NCBI GenBank assembly: GCA_017436955.1
Contig: JAFSCD010000012.1
Location: 51,993-115,992, forward strand
Direction: 5' to 3'
Length of the DNA stretch: 64,000 bases
Source of the DNA: Oscillospiraceae bacterium
Lineage (GTDB): Bacteria; Bacillota; Clostridia; Oscillospirales; Oscillospiraceae
Made by a program: the position numbers and the translations under genes. Below, piece after piece: positions 1 through 10,131 of the stretch; position 1 is the first letter of the stretch; every line of letters begins with the position of its first letter. The notes beneath the pieces are model-generated. The model saw only the letters and a program-made list of their open reading frames with translations. It made no database searches and had not been told where the DNA came from.

Positions 1-732
1 TTTGTTGGAGCCCAGCAGACCGAACTTTTCGTTGTAGCCGCTGCCGTCGATGCTCTCGGTGAGGATATCGTCCAGACCGCAGACCACCTCTGCGCCGGCG
101 GCGCGCAGGATCCGCTTGGTACGGGCACGGGTGTGGATATCGCAGGTAAGCACGTGCTTGGTGTAGTTCAGGATCACCTTGGGATTGTTGGCGAAGATGA
201 TCTCCACCTCGGCACCACATTCCCGGATCAGGTCGCCGTAGTACTGCACGTAGTCCACCAAGGTGAAGGGGTGCAGATTCTGACCAAACAGCGCCCGGTA
301 CTTTTCTTCCGTCAGTACATCGCTGTAGGGATTCACGCCGGCTTCATCCAGCTTGTCCAGAGATACCAGCTCGTTACCCACCTCGTCGGAGGGGTAGCTG
401 AGCATCAGCACGACTTTTTTGGCGCCCATGGCGATGCCGCGCAGACAGATGGCAAAACGGTTACGGGACAAAATGGGGAAGATGACACCGATGGTCTCAC
501 CGCCCAGCTTGGCACGGACGTCCTTGGCGATGGCGCCTACGGAGGCGTAGTTGCCCTGGGCACGCGCCACAACGGACTCGGTGATGCCCACAACATCCCG
601 GTCATTCAGACAGAAGCCCTCGCACGCGGCGGCTTCGATGACGCTGTTTACAACGATATCAGCCAGGTCGTCGCCTTCCCGGATAATGGGGCAGCGAATG
701 CCTCTGGAGGTGGTACCGACTTTTCGTTCCAT
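1..732 (-). CDS. CofE-like (coenzyme F420-0:gamma-glutamyl ligase family) protein; 3' end runs off the window
   Basis: Not in the ORF track. Manual translation from ATG at 732 gives MERKVGTTSRGIRCPIIREGDDLADIVV...DRDVVGITESVVARAQGN...SGYNEKFGLLGSNK, matching the N-terminal pattern of Firmicute CofE-like proteins. GAGG RBS upstream. Confidence 0.7.
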   Translation of the reverse strand, partial: MERKVGTTSRGIRCPIIREGDDLADIVVNSVIEAAACEGFCLNDRDVVGITESVVARAQGNYASVGAIAKDVRAKLGGETIGVIFPILSRNRFAICLRGIAMGAKKVVLMLSYPSDEVGNELVSLDKLDEAGVNPYSDVLTEEKYRALFGQNLHPFTLVDYVQYYGDLIRECGAEVEIIFANNPKVILNYTKHVLTCDIHTRARTKRILRAAGAEVVCGLDDILTESIDGSGYNEKFGLLGSNK

Positions 733-881
733 AAAAAGACCTCATTTCGTGGGAATCGCATCCGCATTCCCGACAGAATAAAAACAACAACATTGTTATA
801 ACGCAAAACGAATGTTTTTTCAATCTTTTTTTGAAAAAATTTGCGGATGTTAAGGGACTGCGGCAGCGGTCCGCTCAAGCG

Positions 882-1757
882 TTAAAATTTGCAGCGGATA
901 GACCAGTTGTTTTCGTAGGTGGCGCCGGGTGCCAGATGCAGCAGGTCAGGGCGCTCCTCGAAGATGGCAGGTACACCGTCAATGGATGCCAGGCTGCACC
1001 AGGGCTCAACGCATACGTAGGGCGCATCGGTCTGATGTGCGTGCCAGAAGGCGATGTAGCGCATATCGGGGTAGGTGACGGTAACGCTGTGGCTGTCGCC
1101 CTCGGTTTCCAGGGTGACCTCCCGTGCGGCGTTGCGCAGTACGATTGCGTCAATGTCGAACAGAGAATGGCGCAGGGGAATGATCTGATCGTCCTGGATC
1201 GGATACGGAGCGACCTCGCCGCTGAGCAGGTACTGGGGGGAGAGCAGGAAGATCTCCGGCTGGCACTTTTCGCTGAAGCGAAGCTGATAGTCCTCAAACT
1301 GCTTGCCGGGTACCAGCGGCACGTTGAAGCCGGGGTGACCGCCGATGCCGAAGGGCAGATCCTTGTCGTCCAGATTCTCTACCTTATAAAGGGTATCCAG
1401 CGTGTCGCCACGCAGAGTGTATGCGATGGTAAAGACGAATTTTCGGGGATACACGGCAAGTGTCGCGTCGCTGTACATCAGCCGCATTTCCAGATAGGTC
1501 GGCTCGTGCTTCACGACCTCAAATTCGCTGCGCCAGGCAAAGCCGTGGCAGCCCAGCTCGTACCAGTTGCCGTCCAGCCGGTACTTGCCCTCGGTCAAAC
1601 GACCCACGGAGGGGAAGATGTTGGGGCAGCGGTCGGTCCAATACTTGGGGTCGGCCTGCCAGATGTACTCGGTGCCGTCGGCAGCCACGATGGACATCAG
1701 CTCTGCGCCCAGAGCGGCGACGGTGACGGTCAGAAATTCATTTTTAATCGTATACAT
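882..1757 (-). CDS. Aldose 1-epimerase family protein (LacX-like)
   Basis: GAELMSI, YIWQADPKYW, HGFAW, GGHPGF and YVCVEPW motifs. Start placed at MYTIKNE behind an AAGG RBS. Confidence 0.85.
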   Translation of the reverse strand: MYTIKNEFLTVTVAALGAELMSIVAADGTEYIWQADPKYWTDRCPNIFPSVGRLTEGKYRLDGNWYELGCHGFAWRSEFEVVKHEPTYLEMRLMYSDATLAVYPRKFVFTIAYTLRGDTLDTLYKVENLDDKDLPFGIGGHPGFNVPLVPGKQFEDYQLRFSEKCQPEIFLLSPQYLLSGEVAPYPIQDDQIIPLRHSLFDIDAIVLRNAAREVTLETEGDSHSVTVTYPDMRYIAFWHAHQTDAPYVCVEPWCSLASIDGVPAIFEERPDLLHLAPGATYENNWSIRCKF

Positions 1758-1771
1758 AGCTTTTCTACCTT

Positions 1772-3238
1772 TCATCCTTGATATCGGGGCTCGCAGGTCA
1801 GGTTGATGCCCAGCCGCTTGAAGGTGCGCTCATCCACGGGCGAGAGGATCACGGAGGAGTGGACCTCGCAGCCACGGAGCTTGCTCAGCTGCTCCATCGC
1901 CAGCTCGGCGGTGGGATTGGTAGCGGCGCTGATGGACAGGGCGATCAGGGTCTCGTCGGTGTGGAGTCTGGGATTGCGGTTGCCCAGGTGATCCACCTTC
2001 AGGTGCTGAATGGGATCGATGGCGATGGGGGAAATTATGTGCAGATCGTCCGGCATATTACCCAGCGCCTTCAGCGCGTTCAGCAGCAGCGCCGAGGAGG
2101 AGCCCAGCAGATTGGAGGTCTTGGCGGTGATGATCCGACCGTCGGGCAGCTCGATGGCTGCGGCCGGCAGCCCGGTCTCTTCCGCCCGTTTCAGAGCGGC
2201 GGCTACCACCCGGCGGCTGGAAATATCCACGCCTGCCTTCTTCATCAGAAGCTCCAGCTTCGCTACGATCTCGGCGGAGCCTTTGCCCTTCTTGTGGGCA
2301 CAGATGGCATCGTAATACCGGCGGATGATCTCCTGCCGGGAGGCTTCCTTTACGGCGTCATCGTCAGTAATGCAGCTGCCGACCATATTGACACCCATAT
2401 CCGTGGGGGATTTGTAGGGACACTGCCCCAGGATCTTCTCAAACATGGCGAGCAGTACGGGGAAGGCCTCCACGTCCCGGTTGTAATTGACGGTGATCTT
2501 GCCGTAAGCGTCCAGATGGAAGGGGTCGATCATATTCACGTCGCTTAAATCGGCGGTGGCGGCTTCATAGGCCAGATTTACCGGATGATTCAGCGGCAGA
2601 TTCCATACCGGGAAGGTCTCAAATTTCGCATAGCCGGCCTGAACGCCCCGCTTATGCTCGTGGTAGAGCTGGCTCATGCAGGTGGCCAGCTTGCCGCTGC
2701 CGGGACCCGGTGCGGTGACCACCACCAGCTCACGGGTGGTTTCGATATATTCGTTGCGACCGTAGCCTTCGTCGCTGACGATGTGGGAGATGTTGGCAGG
2801 GTAGCCTTCGATGGCGTAGTGGTGATACACCTTCACGCCCATACCCTCCAGACGCTCCTGGAACGCCTGGGTACCGACCTGCTTGTTGAAACGGGTCAGC
2901 ACCACGCTGGAAACATACAGCCCCAGACCCCGGAACAGACCGATAAGCCGGATCACGTCCAGATCGTAGGTGATGCCCAGGTCGCCGCGAACCTTGCTCT
3001 TTTCAATGTCTGCCGTGTTGATGGCGATGACCATTTCCACCTGATCCTTCAGCTGCAGCAGCATTTTCAGCTTACTGTCGGGCTGAAAGCCGGGCAGCAC
3101 ACGGGCTGCGTGGTAATCGTCATACAGCTTGCCGCCGAATTCCAGGTACAGCTTGCCGCCGAAGGCGCTGATCCGCTCCCGGATATGGGCAGACTGGGTC
3201 TGCAGATACTGTTCATTGTCAAATCCAATGCATCTCAT
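1772..3238 (-). CDS. DUF1846 family protein
   Basis: KLYLEFGGKLYDDYHAARVLPGF, TAPGPGSGK, YAKFETFPVWN and NPRLHTDE motifs typical of this family. Confidence 0.85.
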   Translation of the reverse strand: MRCIGFDNEQYLQTQSAHIRERISAFGGKLYLEFGGKLYDDYHAARVLPGFQPDSKLKMLLQLKDQVEMVIAINTADIEKSKVRGDLGITYDLDVIRLIGLFRGLGLYVSSVVLTRFNKQVGTQAFQERLEGMGVKVYHHYAIEGYPANISHIVSDEGYGRNEYIETTRELVVVTAPGPGSGKLATCMSQLYHEHKRGVQAGYAKFETFPVWNLPLNHPVNLAYEAATADLSDVNMIDPFHLDAYGKITVNYNRDVEAFPVLLAMFEKILGQCPYKSPTDMGVNMVGSCITDDDAVKEASRQEIIRRYYDAICAHKKGKGSAEIVAKLELLMKKAGVDISSRRVVAAALKRAEETGLPAAAIELPDGRIITAKTSNLLGSSSALLLNALKALGNMPDDLHIISPIAIDPIQHLKVDHLGNRNPRLHTDETLIALSISAATNPTAELAMEQLSKLRGCEVHSSVILSPVDERTFKRLGINLTCEPRYQG

Positions 3239-3337
3239 ATCGGCACCTCGCATAAAAGTACTACCCATTTATTGTAAACGATTGCAGAAAAAATAGCAAG
3301 AATATTCTTTGTTCAAAAATTATTTATAAATGAAGGC

Positions 3338-3366
3338 TTGACATTTTTAGCACTCTGTTGTATAGT
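3338..3366 (+). promoter_or_regulatory. Sigma-A promoter of the hrcA-grpE-dnaK-dnaJ operon
   Basis: TTGACA (3338-3343), 17 nt, TATAGT (3361-3366). Confidence 0.85.
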
Positions 3367-3397
3367 GTGCTTGGCACTCGAGTGAGTAGAGTGCTAA
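3347..3397 (+). promoter_or_regulatory. Tandem CIRCE elements (HrcA operators)
   Basis: TTGGCACTC-N9-GAGTGCTAA at 3371-3397 (one mismatch to consensus), plus degenerate TTAGCACTC-N9-GTGTGCTTG at 3347-3373 overlapping the promoter spacer and -10. Confidence 0.9.
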
Positions 3398-3417
3398 TAT
3401 CGCGAAGGAGGACCGGT

Positions 3418-4479
3418 ATGGAACTGACTGAACGGAAAAAGAAGGTGCTGCGCTGTATCGTAGACCTGTATATCCGGACTGCCGAGCCGGTAGGCTCGAA
3501 AGCCATTGCCCAGTTGCCGGATATGAACTATTCTCCTGCAACCATCCGCAACGAAATGGCGGACTTGACCAGTATGGGCTATCTGGAACAGCCCCATACC
3601 AGCGCAGGCAGAGTTCCCTCCGCAGCCGGTTACCGGCTGTACGTGGATGAGCTGATGGCGGATTACCGCCTGAGCCTGGATGAAACACAGTCCATCAATG
3701 ACGCCATCGAGGAAAAGATGCAGCGTGTGGATAAACTGATGGAAAAGGTGGCAAGATTGGTATCCCAGGCCACGGATCTGCCGGCAATTTCCGTTGCGTC
3801 CCGCAGCGCCAGCGTCACCGTAAAGCGGTTTGACCTGATCAAAGCCGGCGAAGGCAGCATTATTCTGGTCGCGATGCTCAGCACCGAAGAGGTGGTCAAC
3901 AAGCTGATCAAGCTGCCGGTCGCCATCGAAGAAACCGATCTGAAGCTTTTGGGTGCGGTGCTGAACGCCACTATGACGCAGATCTGTGCCGACGAATTCA
4001 CACCCAATCTGATGGAGCGGGTAATGAACTCGGCAGGAATGGGCGCCAGCTTGGTGCCGGTGGTGGTGGAATTCGTCATCGACACCCTGCGCCGGCAGGA
4101 AAGTGCCAATATGGCGGTGGCAGGTCACGTGCGGCTGCTGGAACAGCCGGAATACCAAAGCATCGACAAAGCACAGCGAGTGCTTTCCTCTCTGGATGAG
4201 GGCGCGTTGAGCAATCTGCCGGCGGTGATGCAAAACGCCAGTGGCACAAAGGTGCTGGTAGGACCGGAGAATATTACTGAAGAGCTGAAGGATACCTCCG
4301 TTGTTATGACAAAGTTCGACATCGGCGACGGTCTGCAGGGTATGATCGGCGTAGTCGGTCCCACCCGTATGGATTACGCGAAGGTCACCGCCCGGCTGAG
4401 CTACTTTGCGGAGAGCTTGAGCAAAATGTTCAACAAGCCGGAGCAGGCACAGCTCCCCACAGCGGAAGCGGAAGAATGA
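3418..4479 (+). CDS. hrcA: Heat-inducible transcription repressor HrcA
   Basis: EPVGSK, SPATIRNEMADL, QPHTSAGRVPS, GPTRMDY motifs. AGGAGG RBS before ATG 3418. Confidence 0.97.
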   Translation: MELTERKKKVLRCIVDLYIRTAEPVGSKAIAQLPDMNYSPATIRNEMADLTSMGYLEQPHTSAGRVPSAAGYRLYVDELMADYRLSLDETQSINDAIEEKMQRVDKLMEKVARLVSQATDLPAISVASRSASVTVKRFDLIKAGEGSIILVAMLSTEEVVNKLIKLPVAIEETDLKLLGAVLNATMTQICADEFTPNLMERVMNSAGMGASLVPVVVEFVIDTLRRQESANMAVAGHVRLLEQPEYQSIDKAQRVLSSLDEGALSNLPAVMQNASGTKVLVGPENITEELKDTSVVMTKFDIGDGLQGMIGVVGPTRMDYAKVTARLSYFAESLSKMFNKPEQAQLPTAEAEE

Positions 4480-4499
4480 TCCGTTATTAGGAGGCAAAT

Positions 4500-5003
4500 A
4501 TGGCTAGAAAGAAGAAAAATCCCGAGGAGCAGGCGAAGACCCCTGCGGAAGAAACCGTAGTGGAGCCGACCGTGGATCCCTGGGAAGAGAAATATAACGC
4601 GGAGCGGGATTCCCATCTGCGGCTGGCAGCGGAATTTGACAATTTCCGCAAGCGCACCTTAAAGGAGAAGGAAAGCTCCTACGCCAACGGCAGAGCCGAT
4701 GCGGTGGAGAAGCTCCTGCCGGTGTACGACAATCTGGAACGGGCACTGAATCAGCCCACCGAGGACGCCGCCTACAAAAAGGGCGTAGAAATGACAATGA
4801 CCGAGCTGACAAAGATCCTGACCGCCCTGGGCGTGGAGATCTTCGGTCAGGTGGGGGAGACCTTTGACCCCAATATGCACAATGCCGTAATGCACACGGA
4901 GGATGATGCCTTTGGCGAAAACACCATTTCTATGGTGTTCCAGAAGGGCTTCCGCATTGGCGATAAGATCGTAAGATTCGCCATGGTGCAGGTGGCCAAT
5001 TAA
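4500..5003 (+). CDS. grpE: Nucleotide exchange factor GrpE
   Basis: RLAAEFDNFRKR, FDPNMHNAV, FQKGF...RFAMVQV; position in operon. Confidence 0.97.
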   Translation: MARKKKNPEEQAKTPAEETVVEPTVDPWEEKYNAERDSHLRLAAEFDNFRKRTLKEKESSYANGRADAVEKLLPVYDNLERALNQPTEDAAYKKGVEMTMTELTKILTALGVEIFGQVGETFDPNMHNAVMHTEDDAFGENTISMVFQKGFRIGDKIVRFAMVQVAN

Positions 5004-5118
5004 ATTGACAATTGAAAATTGACAATGGACAGTGAAGGTTTCGCCTTTGGCGAATGTTTTATACAAGTCGGCTTTGCCGACACCGTAAATTGTCAATTGT
5101 CCATTCTCCATTGTCCAT
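5004..5118. repeat. Inverted heptamer-array element (MITE-like) between grpE and dnaK
   Basis: Left arm ATTGACA ATTGAAA ATTGACA ATGGACA (5004-5031); right arm TGTCAAT TGTCCAT TCTCCAT TGTCCAT (5091-5118); two internal hairpins TTCGCC-TTT-GGCGAA and GTCGGC-TTT-GCCGAC. Confidence 0.8.
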
Positions 5119-5161
5119 TATTTTGTTTACAATTTAAGTTTTATATAGGAGGAAATTTATT

Positions 5162-6967
5162 ATGGGTAAGATTATTGGTATTGATTTGGGTACTACCAAT
5201 TCCTGCGTGGCAGTTCTGGAAGGCGGCGAGCCTGTTGTGATCGCCAACGCCGAGGGTGGTCGTACCACACCGTCCGTTGTTGCATTTGCAAAGACCGGTG
5301 AGAGAATGGTAGGTCAGGTGGCAAAGCGCCAGGCTGTTACCAATGCTGACCGCACCGTTGCTTCCATCAAGCGCCACATGGGTGAGGATTACAAGATCAC
5401 CATCGACGGCAAGGCTTACACGCCCCAGGAGATCAGCGCTATGACCCTGGCAAAGCTGAAGGCAGATGCCGAGGCTTATCTGGGTCAGCCGGTTACCGAG
5501 GCGGTCATCACCGTTCCTGCTTACTTCTCCGATGCACAGCGCCAGGCCACCAAGGACGCCGGTAAGATCGCCGGTCTGGAGGTCAAGCGCATCATCAACG
5601 AGCCCACCGCAGCCGCTCTGGCTTACGGTCTGGACAAGGAAAATGAGCAGAAGATCATGGTCTACGACCTGGGCGGCGGCACCTTCGACGTTTCCATTCT
5701 GGAGATCGGTGACGGCGTTGTAGAGGTCAAGGCTACCTCCGGCGACACCAAGCTGGGTGGCGATGACTTCGACCAGAGAATTATGGACTATCTGGTTGCC
5801 GAGTTCAGAAAGGCCGAGGGCATCGACCTGTCCAAGGATCGGGTCGCTATGCAGCGCCTGAAGGAAGCTGCCGAGAAGGCAAAGATCGAGCTGTCCGGTA
5901 TGACCTCCACCGAGATCAACCTGCCCTATATCACCGCTGACGCCACCGGCCCCAAGCACCTGAACGTGACACTGACCCGTGCCAAGTTCAACGAGCTGAC
6001 CGCCGATCTGGTGGAGCGCACGCTGAAGCCCGTCAATCAGGCGCTGTCCGATGCCGGTCTGAAGCCCAGCCAGCTGGATAAGGTGCTGCTGGTTGGCGGC
6101 TCCACCCGTATTCCTGCTGTGCAGGAGGCGGTTAAGAGAATCACCGGCAAGGAAGGCTTCAAGGGCATCAACCCCGACGAGTGCGTTGCTGTGGGTGCAG
6201 CCATTCAGGGCGGCGTTCTCACCGGCGATGTGCAGGACATCCTGCTGCTGGACGTTACCCCTCTGTCTTTGGGTATCGAGACCATGGGCGGCGTGTTCAC
6301 CCGCCTGATCGAGCGCAACTCCACCATCCCCACCCGTAAGAGCCAGATATTCTCCACCGCTGCTGACGGACAGACCTCCGTGGACGTCCACGTGCTGCAG
6401 GGCGAGCGCGAAATGGCTGCTTACAACAAGACCCTGGGTCGCTTCCAGCTCAGCGGTATTGCTCCGGCACCCCGTGGTGTTCCCCAGATCGAGGTTACCT
6501 TTGATATCGACGCCAACGGCATTGTGAAGGTCTCCGCCAAGGATCTGGGCACCGGCAAGGAGCAGAACATCTCCATCACAGCATCCACCAATCTGAGCCA
6601 GGAGGACATCGATAAGGCTGTCCGTGAGGCCGAGGAGTATGCTGCCGAGGATAAGGCACGCAGAGAAGAAGTGGATACCCACAATATGGCAGACCAGACC
6701 ATCTACCAGACCGAAAAGACCCTGGGCGAGCTGGGCGACAAGCTCACCGAGGAGGATAAGGCACCCATTCTGGCTGCCGTCGAAAACCTGAAGGAAGTCA
6801 ATAAGGGCAACGACGTGGCTGCCATCAAGGCTGCTACCGAGGAAGTGCAGAAGGCTTTCTACGCTGTATCCGAGAAGCTGTATCAGCAGACAGGCGGTCA
6901 GGGTCAGCCCGGCGACCAGCCCGGTGATGACGGCGTTGTGGATGCCGACTACGAAACGGTTGACTAA
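5162..6967 (+). CDS. dnaK: Chaperone DnaK (Hsp70)
   Basis: [21 protein letters not shown] and LVGGSTRIP signatures. Confidence 0.99.
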   Translation: MGKIIGIDLGTTNSCVAVLEGGEPVVIANAEGGRTTPSVVAFAKTGERMVGQVAKRQAVTNADRTVASIKRHMGEDYKITIDGKAYTPQEISAMTLAKLKADAEAYLGQPVTEAVITVPAYFSDAQRQATKDAGKIAGLEVKRIINEPTAAALAYGLDKENEQKIMVYDLGGGTFDVSILEIGDGVVEVKATSGDTKLGGDDFDQRIMDYLVAEFRKAEGIDLSKDRVAMQRLKEAAEKAKIELSGMTSTEINLPYITADATGPKHLNVTLTRAKFNELTADLVERTLKPVNQALSDAGLKPSQLDKVLLVGGSTRIPAVQEAVKRITGKEGFKGINPDECVAVGAAIQGGVLTGDVQDILLLDVTPLSLGIETMGGVFTRLIERNSTIPTRKSQIFSTAADGQTSVDVHVLQGEREMAAYNKTLGRFQLSGIAPAPRGVPQIEVTFDIDANGIVKVSAKDLGTGKEQNISITASTNLSQEDIDKAVREAEEYAAEDKARREEVDTHNMADQTIYQTEKTLGELGDKLTEEDKAPILAAVENLKEVNKGNDVAAIKAATEEVQKAFYAVSEKLYQQTGGQGQPGDQPGDDGVVDADYETVD

Positions 6968-7020
6968 ATAAAACTACCCTGCAAGGGACGGCATCCGCCG
7001 CCCCTTGTTGTGGTGTAGAA

Positions 7021-7125
7021 GCCTCCCTTGTGTAAAGGGAGGTGGCACGCCGTCAGGCGTGACGGAGGGATTGTCAATCCCCCAGTCAGCTTCGCTGACA
7101 GCCCCCTTTACACAAGGGGGCCTTT
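7021..7125. repeat. Palindromic intergenic repeat, family A (CCCTTGTGTAAAGGG...CCCCTTTACACAAGGGG)
   Basis: Terminal inverted hairpins with internal hairpins CACGCC-GTCA-GGCGTG and GTCAGC-TTC-GCTGAC. Near-identical flanks recur at 12703, 21921 and 30590. Confidence 0.85.
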
Positions 7126-7152
7126 GTGAAGCGCTCAACGAGGTGAATCCAT

Positions 7153-8295
7153 ATGGCAGAAAATAAGCGCGATTATTATGAGGTGCTGGGGCTGCAGAAG
7201 GGCGCCAGCGCCGAGGACATAAAAAAAGCGTACCGGAAGCTGGCGATGAAATACCATCCCGACCGCAATCCGGATAATAAAGAAGCAGAAGAAAAATTCA
7301 AGGAAGCAGCAGAAGCCTACGAGGTGCTGTCCGACGATGAAAAGCGCGCCAAGTACGATCAGTTCGGCTTTGCCGGCGTGGATCCCAGCTACGGCACAGG
7401 TCAGGGCGGCGGCTACGGCGGCTTTGGCGGTTTCGGTGATTTTGGCGATCTGGGCGATATTTTCGGCTCCTTCTTCGGCGGCGGCGCATCCCGGCGTGCC
7501 AACGCCAACGCACCCCGCAGGGGCGAAAATGTTGGCGCCCGGCTGGACCTGACCTTTGAAGAAGCCGCCTTTGGCTGCGAAAAAGAGGTGCAGGTTCCCA
7601 GAATCGAGAATTGCTCCGTTTGTTCCGGTACCGGCTCTGCCGACGGCAGAATGGAGACCTGTTCTATGTGCCGCGGCTCCGGTCAGGTGCGCACCACCCA
7701 GAATTTTATGGGTATGGCTGTGCAGTCCACGTCTACTTGTCCCCAGTGTAGCGGACGGGGTAAATTTGTGAGAAATCCCTGCGCCACCTGCCGTGGCAAG
7801 GGCAAGGTGCGCCACACCCAGAAGATCAAGGTCAATGTACCTGCCGGTGTGAACGAAGGACAGACCATCCGTGTCCGGGGCGAAGGCTGCGTAGGCACCA
7901 ACGGCGGTCCCAACGGCGATCTGCTGGCAGATGTGCATATCCGCCGCCATCCCATTTTCAGCCGTGAGGACTACACGGTGTATTGCGAGGTGCCCATTTC
8001 CTTCGCCCAGGCAGCGCTGGGTGCGGAGATCCAGGTGCCGACCCTGGACGGTAAGGTCAACTTTACCATTCCCGAAGGCACCCAGACCGGTACGGTATTT
8101 ACCTTAAGCGGCAAGGGCGTTCCGGTGGTGAACAATCCACGGCGCCGCGGCGACCATCGGTTTACCGTGGTGGTGGAAACGCCTACCAAGCTGTCCAAGG
8201 AGCAGAAGGAGCTGCTGCGGCAGCTGGATGAATCTGTTGAGGATACCCCCAAGCGCAAAAAGTTTTTCAATGCCATCAAAGACTTGTTTGACTGA
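7153..8295 (+). CDS. dnaJ: Chaperone DnaJ
   Basis: J-domain with HPD, G/F-rich region, four CxxCxGxG repeats. Confidence 0.99.
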   Translation: MAENKRDYYEVLGLQKGASAEDIKKAYRKLAMKYHPDRNPDNKEAEEKFKEAAEAYEVLSDDEKRAKYDQFGFAGVDPSYGTGQGGGYGGFGGFGDFGDLGDIFGSFFGGGASRRANANAPRRGENVGARLDLTFEEAAFGCEKEVQVPRIENCSVCSGTGSADGRMETCSMCRGSGQVRTTQNFMGMAVQSTSTCPQCSGRGKFVRNPCATCRGKGKVRHTQKIKVNVPAGVNEGQTIRVRGEGCVGTNGGPNGDLLADVHIRRHPIFSREDYTVYCEVPISFAQAALGAEIQVPTLDGKVNFTIPEGTQTGTVFTLSGKGVPVVNNPRRRGDHRFTVVVETPTKLSKEQKELLRQLDESVEDTPKRKKFFNAIKDLFD

Positions 8296-8309
8296 TACGG
8301 AGGATAAAT

Positions 8310-8801
8310 ATGAAGCGTACAGATTATATCAGCTGGGATGAATATTTTATGGGAATTGCCATGCTGGCAGCACGCCGCAGCAAGGATCCCAATACGCAGG
8401 TAGGCGCCTGCATCGTATCGAAGGATAATATCATCATCTCCACCGGCTACAACGGTATGCCCAAGGGCTGCAGCGACGATGTGTTTCCCTGGGAGCGCAC
8501 CGGTGCGGATACCAAGTACGCCTACGTTGTCCACGCGGAGCTGAACGCCATTCTCAATGCCAATGGCCGTGACCTGCGGGACAGCCGCATTTATGTGGCG
8601 CTGTTCCCCTGCAACGAGTGCGCAAAAGCCATTATCCAGAGCGGTGTGAAGGAAGTGTTTTATCTGTCGGATAAGTACAAGGATACCATGGGCAATCTGG
8701 CCTCCAAGCGGATGCTGGATGCTGCCGGCGTCAAGTACACCCAGCTGCATACGGACATTACATCCATTACGCTGGACTTTGTCCCCGAAGAAGATAAGTA
8801 A
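8310..8801 (+). CDS. dCMP deaminase family protein
   Basis: RSKDPNTQVGACIV, GYNG, HAELNAI and PCNEC zinc-deaminase motifs. Confidence 0.92.
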   Translation: MKRTDYISWDEYFMGIAMLAARRSKDPNTQVGACIVSKDNIIISTGYNGMPKGCSDDVFPWERTGADTKYAYVVHAELNAILNANGRDLRDSRIYVALFPCNECAKAIIQSGVKEVFYLSDKYKDTMGNLASKRMLDAAGVKYTQLHTDITSITLDFVPEEDK

Positions 8802-8810
8802 AAGTATAAA

Positions 8811-8907
8811 GCTGTCATCCTGAGCGAGTGTAGCGAGCCGAAGGATCTTGGCACTAACTGGGTGCGAGGATTCCTCGATTCCGCTTCGCTTCACTCGGAA
8901 TGACAGC
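8811..8907. repeat. GTCAT...ATGAC-type palindromic repeat (family B)
   Basis: GCTGTCATCCTGAGCGAG...GAAGGATCT ... GATTCCTCGATTCCGCTTCGCTTCACTCGGAATGACAGC: a long imperfect inverted repeat flanked by A and T runs, probably also acting as a terminator. Confidence 0.75.
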
Positions 8908-9031
8908 TTTTTTCTATGCTCCAGGTGGAATAATTTGGATTGCATTTCCCGTAGCGGTGTGCTACAATAAAAATGGTATGGTGGGACTTTGCGTGTGCCA
9001 CCGCCTAAAACGAGATAAAGGTGGAATCGAA

Positions 9032-10111
9032 TTGCAAATTGAAAGAGCAGCCTATGCGTTTCAAATGGAAGGCAATCCTGTTTCCTGCGAGGAATTGACC
9101 CAGGGACATATCAACAAGACCCTGAAGATCACCACGGACGCCGGCAAGGAATACGTCCTGCAGATGATCAATAAATATGTCTTCCGCAACCCCATCCGGC
9201 TGATGGGCAATATCAGTGCCGTAACGGAATATCTGCGGCAACGGGTGGAGGACAAGCGGCAGGCGCAGCACTTTATCCTTACATATAAGGGCACCTATTA
9301 TCACAGAGACCGTAACGGCGAATTCTGGCGTATGAGCGACTATGTTGGCGGCTTTGCGCTGGACACCCCGGAAACACCGGAGGATTTTTACCAGAGCGCG
9401 TTGGCCTTCGGCCGTTTCCAGCAGCTTTTGTCGAATTTCCCGGCGGAAGCGCTGTATGAGACCATTCCGGAATTCCACAACACCATTGACCGTTACCGTC
9501 AGTTCCGGGCATCTCTGGAGCTGGACCCCTGTGACCGCGTAGCCCAGGCTAAGGCAGAGATCGCTTACCTGCTGAAGCAGGAAAAAATTGCGGGCACGCT
9601 GCAGCTTATGCGGGAAAGCGGCGAGCTTCCCCTGCGCGTGACCCACAATGATACCAAGCTGAACAACGTGCTGCTGGATAAGGAAACCCGCAAGGCGCTG
9701 TGCGTGCTGGATCTGGATACGGTTATGCCGGGTCTGAGCGTCCACGATTTTGGCGATGCCATCCGTTACGGCGCTGCCACCGCGGCAGAGGATGAGACGG
9801 ATGTGGACAAGATGGAGCTGGATCTGGATCTGTTCCGGGTCTACACCGAGGGCTATCTGGAAGCGGCACCGTCTCTGACGGACAAGGAAGTGGAAATGCT
9901 TCCCATGGGCGCGCTGATCATGACCCTGGAGGTGGCTGTCCGCTTCCTGAAGGACTTTGTTGACGGCGACCTGTATTTCAAGACCAGCTATCCCGAGCAC
10001 AACCTGATCCGCGCCCGCACCCAGATCAAGCTGGCTATGGATATGCAGGCAAAATGGGACGATATGAACCGAATCGTTGCGGAGACCGCAGCAAAGATGC
10101 GTAAGCAGTAA
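9032..10111 (+). CDS. APH/choline-kinase-fold phosphotransferase, N-acetylhexosamine 1-kinase (NahK)-like
   Basis: GHINKT, YVLQMIN, RVTHNDTKLNNVL, LDLDTVMPG, DFGDAIR, RFLKDF. Probable TTG start at 9032 after an AAAGGTGG RBS. Confidence 0.8.
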   Translation: MQIERAAYAFQMEGNPVSCEELTQGHINKTLKITTDAGKEYVLQMINKYVFRNPIRLMGNISAVTEYLRQRVEDKRQAQHFILTYKGTYYHRDRNGEFWRMSDYVGGFALDTPETPEDFYQSALAFGRFQQLLSNFPAEALYETIPEFHNTIDRYRQFRASLELDPCDRVAQAKAEIAYLLKQEKIAGTLQLMRESGELPLRVTHNDTKLNNVLLDKETRKALCVLDLDTVMPGLSVHDFGDAIRYGAATAAEDETDVDKMELDLDLFRVYTEGYLEAAPSLTDKEVEMLPMGALIMTLEVAVRFLKDFVDGDLYFKTSYPEHNLIRARTQIKLAMDMQAKWDDMNRIVAETAAKMRKQ

Positions 10112-10131
10112 GCACTAAGGAGGAACTCAAA

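Noticed and set aside
133-801. 222-aa plus-strand ORF in the track
   Set aside because: Antisense shadow of the real minus-strand CofE-like gene (1-732).
8900-9031. Upstream extension of the kinase ORF to ATG 8900
   Set aside because: That ATG lies inside the palindromic repeat; a promoter-like TTGCAT...TACAAT and an RBS support the TTG start at 9032.
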